Shown: piece by piece, positions 1 to 6,982 of the stretch
How positions within the stretch are numbered: the stretch's first letter is position 1
Layout of the letters: each line of letters opens with the position of its first letter
Assembly: GCA_015222555.1 (NCBI GenBank)
Contig: JADFVM010000214.1
Location: 1 to 15,163 of the forward strand
Reading direction: 5' to 3'
DNA length: 15,163 nt
From: Pseudomonadota bacterium
GTDB lineage: Bacteria > Desulfobacterota > JADFVX01
The notes under the pieces: generated by a model
Database searches by the model: none
Seen by the model: the letters and a program-made list of their open reading frames with translations, nothing else
Told to the model about the DNA's origin: nothing
Translations under genes and position numbers: made by a program

Positions 1-230
1 AAGAGAGGAAATCATGGATGTAAAAGATAGTAACGGCACCGCACTGGATGAAGCGGATTCCGTACAGGTCATTAAGGATTTATAGGTAAAAGGTTCTTCC
101 ACGACTCTAAAAAGAGGAACCGTATTAAAAAAGTTCCGCCTCACTTCTAAAAATGAAGAGGTTGAGTGCCGCATTGGAAAAGGCACAGTTGTGTTCAAGA
201 GATATTTTTTTGAAAAATGTTTGGCAAAAC

Positions 231-251
231 AACAGGGTTACTTCCCCTGTT
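231..251 (-). terminator. Candidate intrinsic terminator hairpin downstream of the DUF362 gene. The stem is AACAGGG / CCCTGTT with a 7-nt loop.
   Basis: Perfect 7-bp inverted repeat at 231-237 and 245-251. On the minus strand it is followed by GTTTTGCC, about 40 nt past the stop at 288. The T-tract is short, so this is a weak terminator. Confidence 0.3.
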
Positions 252-287
252 AAACGCAAAGGGCTAGACTAAATCACTTGGCATAGC

Positions 288-1286
288 TCACCCTTTCAAA
301 AGGATATCCATCAACCGCACTGCATACTCGCCCCCCTCCTCATCATCGGCAACTATCTCTATCTCCTCGGGTCGTGACACGCCGAGGCCGAGTTCAACCG
401 CCCTTGCGATCTGCTCTTGCTCGAATATCTTCTTTCCCATAACGGCTCTGTTGCTGCCGAGTTCCTTGAGGATGGAAAGCCCTACGGCGTCTATGGCGAT
501 CCTGTCCGTCCCGGCAAGTATGACGTTGGCCCTCTTCCTTTTCCCCCTGGCGGGACCTCCATCAACAAAGGCCTCTATGCCGTCCAGCAGTATGAGCGAC
601 GGCCTGTAGGCCTGGTTTATCTCGGCGATCATCCTCCTCAGGTTGGAGTGGGACCCGTGGAGCTCCCTCATGTTTCTCTTGTGGGTGATGCCGACGGAGT
701 TCTTGAGGGACATGGTGAAGATCCCTCCGTAGGCGTGGGTCTTGAGGCAGCATGTGTTGACGACACAATCCGAGTCGAGGATAGGCCTTGCCACGTCAAA
801 GCCGTCTCTCCAGTGGCTCTTTTCGGGCCTCACCCTTGTCCATCCCTTTCTCGGGAGTTCTTCAAAGTTTATGAGTTTCACGCCGAGCCTAGCGGCAAGG
901 TCGACTATCTCCTTTTCCCTCATTACATCGTCCGTATGCGGCGGTCCGCTCCTCTCGCCTATTGTGATGTCTCCGGCGCCCATCTCCTTCATCTTGAGTA
1001 TGAGATGAGTGAGGGTGTCGTTGTGGGTTGAGGCGGGGAAGGGGTCAGCCGTATTGAAGTTCGGCTTGAGAAGCACATCCTTCCCCTTTACCGGATTTAT
1101 GCCGAGGAGTTCTAAAGCCCTTTTAATCCCCGAAGTCCTGTCGGAAGTCTTTATCAGGGCAATCTTTGCCATGTCGGCTTTCTTCAATCTTTTCGGTGAT
1201 CCGGCCATCGCAGTAATTCCTCCGTCACCTGCCACGATGAAGAGGATGCTGCCTGCAGTCACGATTATGAATTCCCGCCTGTTCAT
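288..1286 (-). CDS. DUF362-family protein with a twin-arginine (Tat) signal peptide.
   Basis: Long minus-strand ORF. The ATG at 1286 sits 5 nt after a GGGAGGAG Shine-Dalgarno. The N-terminus MNRREFIIVTAGSILFIVAGDGGITAMA-G has an RREF twin-arginine motif, a hydrophobic h-region and an AxA cleavage site. The body has DUF362-like motifs (VLLKPNFNTADPFPASTHNDT, GDITIGERSG). The upstream GTG at 1340 offered by the ORF track lacks an SD. Confidence 0.75.
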   Translation of the reverse strand: MNRREFIIVTAGSILFIVAGDGGITAMAGSPKRLKKADMAKIALIKTSDRTSGIKRALELLGINPVKGKDVLLKPNFNTADPFPASTHNDTLTHLILKMKEMGAGDITIGERSGPPHTDDVMREKEIVDLAARLGVKLINFEELPRKGWTRVRPEKSHWRDGFDVARPILDSDCVVNTCCLKTHAYGGIFTMSLKNSVGITHKRNMRELHGSHSNLRRMIAEINQAYRPSLILLDGIEAFVDGGPARGKRKRANVILAGTDRIAIDAVGLSILKELGSNRAVMGKKIFEQEQIARAVELGLGVSRPEEIEIVADDEEGGEYAVRLMDILLKG

Positions 1287-1300
1287 CGTCTCCTCCCTCT

Positions 1301-1317
1301 CTATATTTAAAATATAG
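1301..1317. promoter_or_regulatory. Perfect 17-bp palindrome CTATATTTAAAATATAG lying just 5' of the SD of the DUF362 gene. It is a candidate operator or a 5' hairpin.
   Basis: 8-1-8 perfect inverted repeat centred on A1309. It lies 15-31 nt upstream of the ATG at 1286, next to the SD at 1290-1297. Confidence 0.3.
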
Positions 1318-1583
1318 CACCTTTTCCGAGCCGTTGCCACATCACGAGCCGTAACAGAAAAGGGTCAGCACAACCCTTTTCTAAATCTGCAGCATACTTA
1401 TTCACAAAGACATGAGTACGCCCTCGTGACCAAAGGGAGGGAGGCAAAGACACCTTCCAGTAATCATAAAAAAACCTTCACCTATAATCTGTAGATTTCC
1501 AATCGGAATTTGCAATCTCTTCGAATGTATGCTTTAGTAAATTTATAAACCGGCTGAATGCAGTGTAATATTAATTATTCTAT

Positions 1584-1994
1584 ATGAGCATGAAAAACGA
1601 TCCACTGGAAATAGACGGAGACTGGCCTGATTTTGAAGGGAAGCGGCTTCAACAGCTGCTTGCACAGGAGTTGTGGTATCAAAAGAACCTCGAAGAGGAG
1701 GCCAATGTTGTTCTGATAAAGGTTGAAGAATGCTGGTATCATCTTTATTTCGATATAGGTATCGTTTTCTGGAGGATCTCGCGTGATGAGCCGCATGAAA
1801 GCAAGCCCGAGGACACAGAGGAATTTTTTTATCATCTGAGAGATTTAGGCGCAGATCTTGATCTGACAGGCCGGGTTATCCAAAGCTGTACCGCAAAGGC
1901 TATTCCCGGTGGTGTGGAGGTGGAGTTCCGCTTTGAAGGTGGGAAAAAGATTTCCTTTAAGAATGTAGATAACCTGACGCGCTATGAAACTTAA
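1584..1994 (+). CDS. Hypothetical small acidic protein of 136 aa with no recognisable domain.
   Basis: 411-nt ORF with protein-like composition, transcribed divergently from the DUF362 gene. There is no obvious SD (AT-rich upstream, TAATAT 12 nt before the ATG). An alternative ATG lies at 1590. Confidence 0.45.
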   Translation: MSMKNDPLEIDGDWPDFEGKRLQQLLAQELWYQKNLEEEANVVLIKVEECWYHLYFDIGIVFWRISRDEPHESKPEDTEEFFYHLRDLGADLDLTGRVIQSCTAKAIPGGVEVEFRFEGGKKISFKNVDNLTRYET

Positions 1995-2113
1995 ACAGGC
2001 CATTACCGGGGACGGCTTGCTTCGTTGCGCCTCACTTTCAAGCTCTGATCCTCAAATTGTCTTTACCCCAAAGTTATGTATTTGCAGGTGACTCTCATAG
2101 TTTCGGAGAAAAA

Positions 2114-2518
2114 ATGAACCAAAAGTCATCGCTTTCTATGGTCCAGGATATTATGAACGAATTTGCCGGTCTGACCGGGCTTTCACCGGCCGGGAAGGTG
2201 CCACGGCGATACCTGTGGACAGACGCTTTTGCCGTATGCAACTTCCTGGAACTCTATCGTCAATCGGGTGACGACAAATACAAAAATCTCGCGTTGCTAT
2301 TGGTTGATCAGGTTCATAACATACTCGGCCGCCATCGTGAGGACGACTCACGAACCGGCTGGATCAGCGGACTTGATGAGCAGGAAGGCAAAATGCACCC
2401 TACAAAGGGGGACATGAGGATCGGTAAGGATATGAATGAACGGAGCACTTCAAAAGACAAGCATGTTAGCAAGTCCCTGGGCGTAATCGTGCGACTTGGA
2501 GGAAGCATAGATGATTGA
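2114..2518 (+). CDS. Hypothetical protein. It may be an N-terminal fragment of a larger alpha-helical protein (the pattern YRQSGDDKYKNLALLLVDQV...DSRTGWISG is reminiscent of (alpha/alpha)6-barrel families). The tail is low-complexity, so this is likely a truncated gene.
   Basis: ATG at 2114 with a GGAG 5 nt upstream. The ORF track start at 2057 lacks an SD. The ORF ends in a low-complexity tail and is followed by decayed AT-rich sequence. Confidence 0.35.
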   Translation: MNQKSSLSMVQDIMNEFAGLTGLSPAGKVPRRYLWTDAFAVCNFLELYRQSGDDKYKNLALLLVDQVHNILGRHREDDSRTGWISGLDEQEGKMHPTKGDMRIGKDMNERSTSKDKHVSKSLGVIVRLGGSIDD

Positions 2519-2618
2519 AGCGATAGCGGGTGACATAATTGGGTCGGTATCCGAGCGCTATCCGATCAAGACGAAGGACTTCCCCCTATTTCATCCGCGC
2601 TGTTGTTTTACCGACTGA
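2511..2618 (+). pseudogene. 35-codon stub matching the N-terminal metal-binding motif of ADP-ribosylglycohydrolase family proteins. The rest of the gene is lost.
   Basis: MIEAIAGDIIGSVSERY fits the ARH N-terminal motif GlAvGDAlGapvEF, with identical G-D-x-x-G-x-x-x-E spacing. A strong SD (GGAGGAAG) lies 5 nt upstream. A stop follows after 35 codons, and only AT-rich DNA with T-runs and no long ORF comes after it. Confidence 0.35.
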
Positions 2619-3002
2619 TGCTTTCCTTTTTTTTTGCAAAACTACTAACGTCGGATATTACCTCACAGAATATCTGATATTATGCGATAGGTTGGTCAAA
2701 AAAAGAGTGTGGTATACTTGTTAAAGAGATGCTTCCCGCCTATCCTTTGACGGAGTTGAGCATCCGAGTAAGGTTAATTACAATTTTTTTCTTCGTAAGG
2801 ATCACCCAATGGAGAGTCCAAGCGGAGACTTGATTTAGCTTCGCATAATCGCCCATTGAAGAAAACCCGTCGTCAGATGTATAAGAAGCAAACAAAAAAT
2901 CGACAATTTTACATCATTTCCCATTTTTTGATCAGGGTTGCATTCCCAATCTGTTGCATTGTTTTAATGATGACAAGTTGGTTATCTGCGAAGGAGGAGA
3001 AA

Positions 3003-3479
3003 ATGGCACTTACACTTAGATCAAACGTTTTCAAAGATGGCGGTGAAATTCCGTCAAAATACACCTGTGAAGGGGAAGATATCGCACCGCCGCTGGAATG
3101 GCAAAGTGTACCCGAAGAAGCCCGCAGCCTGGTTCTTATCATTGATGATCCTGATGCACCGGACCCAAAGGCCCCAAAGATGACGTGGGTACATTGGGTT
3201 CTCTACAACATACCGACCAACACATCAGACCTTCCTGAAGGAGCTACTTCGACAGACCTTCCTTCAGGTGCGGAAGAAGGGTTAAATGATTGGAAAAGAT
3301 CTGGTTACGGCGGCCCATGTCCTCCTATCGGTCGTCACCGTTATTTCCACAAATTGTATGCCTTGGATACAGTCCTAAGCAGATTGAAAAATCCGACAAA
3401 GGCAGAGATTGAAGCTGCAATGAAGGGGCATATTATCGCTAAAACGGAGCTTGTTGGGACCTATCAGAAGTCCAGATAA
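3003..3479 (+). CDS. YbhB/YbcL-family phosphatidylethanolamine-binding protein (PEBP, Raf-kinase-inhibitor-like).
   Basis: AAGGAGG SD 5 nt before the ATG at 3003. Motifs DPDAP, HWVLYNIP and GYGGPCPPIGRHRYFHKLYALD are the PEBP/YbhB signature. The upstream in-frame extension from 2856 is lysine- and Cys-rich and lacks an SD, so I rejected it. Confidence 0.9.
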   Translation: MALTLRSNVFKDGGEIPSKYTCEGEDIAPPLEWQSVPEEARSLVLIIDDPDAPDPKAPKMTWVHWVLYNIPTNTSDLPEGATSTDLPSGAEEGLNDWKRSGYGGPCPPIGRHRYFHKLYALDTVLSRLKNPTKAEIEAAMKGHIIAKTELVGTYQKSR

Positions 3480-3689
3480 TTACCGCCTTCAACGTCGGCA
3501 TTCAACTATGGCTAGACTGATTCAGGCGTTACTGTCTCTCATCTGGTGTTTTTTGCTTCATATGTGTGTCAGTAACAACAATCGTTTTATCCATTGGGAT
3601 ACATCTGTTTATAACGGTTTAATAGCAACAAAGGGTAATAATTGCATTCCGATTTGATTGCCATGCTGAAAAGGAGAGGCTTCGAGGTC

Positions 3690-4409
3690 ATGGCGGCCAA
3701 TCCGAGGGACAAGCTCTTCTTCCCAAAGGACAGGCATAACAACTTCGAAAATGAAATCTATGAGATTTTAAAAAAATACTCATTTCGGATATTCATGAGA
3801 GATGTCATTAAGAACAGGAAATCCTTCTGTGTTGACGATCTCATGAAATATGTTTCCAGGGAATGGGTTGAAACGTATATCAACTTTCTTCTGGAAAGGA
3901 ATATCGTTGAAAATATAAAAGATGACTTTTATCGTTTGAACAAGAAATCGGTCTTCAGTTTTGGTGAGACTCTGGAGTGGTTTGTGGCCCAGATTTTCGA
4001 GCGAGAGTTTTCCTCAACTGCCATGTGGGGTGTCCGGCTAAGAGGAGGTAAGAGCGGCGGTGATTACGACGTAATAGCGTCTTTTGAACAGAGGATTGCC
4101 TATATTGAAGTCAAGTCATCGCCTCCGGCCAATGTGGAGGAGAAAGAAATTGTTTCCTTTCTTGAGCGATCTGAAGAACTTGCTCCTTCCCTCGCAATTT
4201 TTCTGGAAGACACTCAACTCAGGATGAAAGATAAGATCGTCCCCTTCTTTGAAAATGCTGTGAAGGAAAAAGGCCTGGTTGTCAAAAGGTTACGTGAAGA
4301 GATATTCGGTATTGGAAGCAAGGTTTACATTACGAACAGTAAAAGAGATGTTGTGAGCAACTTGGCCTTCTGCGTTAAGCACCATCTGACATCAGGGAGC
4401 TTTGTTTGA
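3690..4409 (+). CDS. Uncharacterised protein with a C-terminal Hjc-like PD-(D/E)xK nuclease domain and an N-terminal ~110-aa helical domain, possibly a winged helix.
   Basis: GGAGAGG SD 10 nt before the ATG at 3690. The ORF track also allows TTG 3642 or ATG 3663, neither with an SD. The C-terminal segment EWFVAQIFEREF..GVRLRGGKSGGDYDVIASF..IAYIEVKSS aligns by eye with archaeal Hjc (AQAERELIKLL..AVVRSAGSKKVDLVA..YLCIEVK), giving E / D / ExK catalytic motifs. Confidence 0.75.
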   Translation: MAANPRDKLFFPKDRHNNFENEIYEILKKYSFRIFMRDVIKNRKSFCVDDLMKYVSREWVETYINFLLERNIVENIKDDFYRLNKKSVFSFGETLEWFVAQIFEREFSSTAMWGVRLRGGKSGGDYDVIASFEQRIAYIEVKSSPPANVEEKEIVSFLERSEELAPSLAIFLEDTQLRMKDKIVPFFENAVKEKGLVVKRLREEIFGIGSKVYITNSKRDVVSNLAFCVKHHLTSGSFV

Positions 4410-4453
4410 TCAAATACTTATCTGCTATCAGTCCTACTATGAATTCACCTTTC

Positions 4454-4497
4454 TGTAATGTTGATTTTGTCAACCACTTCAAAATGTGGACATTACA
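4454..4497. repeat. Long imperfect hairpin (14 bp in total, AU-rich) in the convergent intergenic region.
   Basis: TGTAATGT at 4454-4461 pairs with ACATTACA at 4490-4497. An inner ATTTTG (4464-4469) pairs with CAAAAT (4480-4485), with a 10-nt loop. There is no adjacent U-tract. Confidence 0.3.
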
Positions 4498-4660
4498 AAC
4501 TGAAAGCAGCAAAGTCTTACATTATTTCAAATGAATATTACAAAATTCCACAATAAAAAGGCATAAGAGCGATATCTGTCGTACATATCAACTGTTTTTG
4601 TGATATAGATAGGGCAGGAGAAAAACCAGAATGCTATAGGTTGAGACCTGACCCTATATC

Positions 4661-6982
4661 TTATGCAACAGGGGCGCGCTTATTTTCGAGATCTTCAGCA
4701 GCAGATTTGATCAGTTGTTCTACTCCAAGGTTTTTACCATTAGACTCTATAAGTCCGCAAGCAATCTTTATGCTTACCGGCGGTAGACTGCCCTCAGGGC
4801 CAACGTTTTCAGCAATGATTTGATCTGTAAGTCTTTTTAGAATTTCATCTCCCTTTTCATCCGACTCCGGAAGTAGAAGAGCAAATCTGCTATCTGAATA
4901 TCTCCCCACGACATCAAAGGCCCTTATGCTCTTACTCAATCTGCTTGCGATACCCTTTACAAGCCTGTTTCCGCTGTCATGACCGTAAAGATCCACATAA
5001 TTGTTGAAATTCGCAACCTCCAGGAAGGCAAATGTCAATGAGTCATTATGTCTCTTTGATCGTTTAAGCTCATCTTCAAGTCTTCTCACCAAAGATTCTT
5101 CATTTGGCAAGTTAGTCAATTTATCCACGCTGATGAGTTTCCGTGATTCTACAATGGACACAATATTGGCAATAGCCTTTTCTGCATATAAAATGAATCG
5201 ATCAAGAATCTCTTTATCTTCTTGTTTAAATGGAATGGGATAGAAAGCTCCTTTTGACATCTTGTCATAGAGAGAAAGGGCCCCAACAACTGAGCCTTTA
5301 TGCCTAAGTGGATAACATCGAGCAGACCTGGCATTTGTTTTTTCATCTTTGTATGCACTTTTTCTGAGGTCAGAAATCAGAAGTGGTTCCCGCTTTTCGA
5401 TTACGTCATTGGCCAGCTTCTTATCCAGATTTAAGATGGATTTTCTCAACTCCTTATCCCCCATACCATATGCAGCTCTAATCGTAAACTGACCGGTTTT
5501 TTTGTCATACAGGCTAATGACAGAGCCTTCCGCCTCCATTATCATTGCCGAAGATGAGGCAATAAGACTTGAAAGTTCCTTAAAGCTGGTGGCGGAGATA
5601 AGTTTCAAGCCTGCTTCATCAATAGCTGAAATTTTGCTAGCTTTAAGTGACATCCTTTCCTCTTCAAAAGCATCTTTAATCTCTTTTGCAATAAGCGGAA
5701 CCAGTTCATCCAGCACTTTGCTGTTATCTTCTTCTATATTTACTGAATGGGTCAGGACTTTAAAAACTCCAACTATTTCTTCATCACTCAGGAGTGGATA
5801 GACCTTGTATAATATTTTTTCACCATCCGAAGATTCTCCCCTCAGAGTAACCTCACACTTTGTTTGAGCTGTAATGCCCTCGACTCCTTCATCTATAGAG
5901 AGTTTGCAGTAATTAGAAAGTGTATGACTTTCCGTAGATGATGCTTTGAGACAGAGTTCAACTGAATCCTTCTCCAATGTATAGATTGCGCACTCTCCCT
6001 TTATAAAGGATGCTACAAGTTTTGAGATTTCCTCCAGTTTTTTTCCAATCGGCATATGGATACTTATTTTACCCGATACTTTCTTCCAGAAATTAAATCT
6101 GTCAGACTCATGTTTCATCTCTTCTATTTCCTGAGAAAGACCAATTATTTTTGCTCCCAGGGGCACCAATTCAGTGAGAGATTTCAAATCCTTTTGATTA
6201 AATGCATTATCACTCCTGTCTGTTTTGACAGTCAAAACACCGATTACTATTTCATCAAACAAAATCGGCACAGAAAGAGCCGACTTGACACCCTCTTTAC
6301 GTAACAGTTCATCGAATTTTGCATCAACCTTGCTCCCCGATAACAGCAGAGGTTCTCCCATTGCGGCAACCTTACCAATAATCCCCTCTCCCAATTTACA
6401 ACTGCGTTTTATTTCTCTCCTTCCATTCATACTATAACTGGCTTCAAGGACAAGATCCCCATCTTTTTTATCAACTAACATTATAGAACCAGTTTCCGCC
6501 TCTGTCGATGACGCGGCAACTCTCAACACCATAGAGAGCAGTTCCTTTTTATCCTTGGCATTGTTGATTTCTTTTACAACCTCATTAATTATTGAGAGGC
6601 AACTATCGTTATCATCTTTAGGAGATGCAGCCTCCCTATCTTCCTCTTCGCCGTTATTGCTCCATATTTGTTTTGCAGTCGCAGGATTTATGATGTCAAC
6701 ATGTTCAAGATTAAAGGAATTCAGGATTGCATGGATCTCGTCATTGTGTGATGTATCAACGATTATATCCAGACCTTCTTTTTCCTTTATTGAATCGAGG
6801 CTGGAAGAGATTTCGACCTTTAAGTGATCCGATATCATGTAACCCAGTTTACCCAGCTTAAAGATGAGCGCATCAGGATTTCTTTCAGCAATCAGTGTAA
6901 CCTTTGTATCGGCTGATTTTATTAATAGAGGAAGCAAGGCCAGCCCCTCTTTACCTCCACCAACGATGGCAACATTCTTCAT
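4661..6982 (-). CDS. Multidomain signalling protein: an N-terminal Rossmann-like domain (GxGxxG; TrkA-N or Rex-C/CoA-binding-like), three GAF domains, and a C-terminal degenerate GGDEF domain (SDSRF in place of GGEEF) that keeps the RxxD I-site.
   Basis: 773-aa ORF. The ATG at 6982 has a GAGAGGAGG SD and overlaps the upstream gene's stop (ATGA). The C-terminus VDKLTNLPNEESLVRRLEDEL...RAFDVVGRYSDSRFALLLPESD is a GGDEF fold with a degenerate A-site and an RAFD at the canonical I-site position. The N-terminus begins MKNVAIVGGGKEGLALL. Confidence 0.9.
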   Translation of the reverse strand: MKNVAIVGGGKEGLALLPLLIKSADTKVTLIAERNPDALIFKLGKLGYMISDHLKVEISSSLDSIKEKEGLDIIVDTSHNDEIHAILNSFNLEHVDIINPATAKQIWSNNGEEEDREAASPKDDNDSCLSIINEVVKEINNAKDKKELLSMVLRVAASSTEAETGSIMLVDKKDGDLVLEASYSMNGRREIKRSCKLGEGIIGKVAAMGEPLLLSGSKVDAKFDELLRKEGVKSALSVPILFDEIVIGVLTVKTDRSDNAFNQKDLKSLTELVPLGAKIIGLSQEIEEMKHESDRFNFWKKVSGKISIHMPIGKKLEEISKLVASFIKGECAIYTLEKDSVELCLKASSTESHTLSNYCKLSIDEGVEGITAQTKCEVTLRGESSDGEKILYKVYPLLSDEEIVGVFKVLTHSVNIEEDNSKVLDELVPLIAKEIKDAFEEERMSLKASKISAIDEAGLKLISATSFKELSSLIASSSAMIMEAEGSVISLYDKKTGQFTIRAAYGMGDKELRKSILNLDKKLANDVIEKREPLLISDLRKSAYKDEKTNARSARCYPLRHKGSVVGALSLYDKMSKGAFYPIPFKQEDKEILDRFILYAEKAIANIVSIVESRKLISVDKLTNLPNEESLVRRLEDELKRSKRHNDSLTFAFLEVANFNNYVDLYGHDSGNRLVKGIASRLSKSIRAFDVVGRYSDSRFALLLPESDEKGDEILKRLTDQIIAENVGPEGSLPPVSIKIACGLIESNGKNLGVEQLIKSAAEDLENKRAPVA

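Noticed and set aside
1-85. An open frame, frame 2, that reads REEIMDVKDSNGTALDEADSVQVIKDL* and could be the C-terminal end of a gene entering from upstream.
   Set aside because: It is only 28 codons without a stop, which is easily chance. No motif or SD is visible, so I cannot support it.
153-275. 40-codon plus-strand ORF MKRLSAALEKAQLC... in the DUF362 downstream region.
   Set aside because: It has no SD and overlaps the terminator-like hairpin. It is probably chance.
417-1317. Plus-strand ORFs at 417-1031, 742-1008 and 1009-1317, and the minus-strand ORF at 562-768, all overlapping the DUF362 gene.
   Set aside because: They are antisense or shadow ORFs inside a well-supported gene. Their compositions are Pro/Arg/Gly-rich and low-complexity, typical of an out-of-frame reading of a GC-biased coding strand.
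2539-2724. 61-aa ORF in the AT-rich stretch after the ARH stub.
   Set aside because: It is low-complexity, has no SD, and lies in decayed sequence. It is likely non-coding.
2938-2968. Possible promoter for the PEBP gene (TTGCAT ... TTTAAT).
   Set aside because: The spacer would be 19 nt, and alternative alignments are no better. It is too ambiguous to list as a feature.
2856-3002. N-terminal extension of the PEBP ORF (MKKTRRQMYKK...).
   Set aside because: It has no SD and an odd Lys/Cys-rich composition. A near-perfect AAGGAGG SD precedes the internal ATG at 3003, where PEBP homology begins.
3451-3657. 68-aa ORF between the PEBP and nuclease genes.
   Set aside because: It overlaps the PEBP 3' end, has no SD, and its composition is not protein-like.
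5001-6827. Several plus-strand ORFs of 80-99 aa inside the GAF-GGDEF gene.
   Set aside because: They are Ser/Leu-rich antisense shadow ORFs of a confidently called gene.
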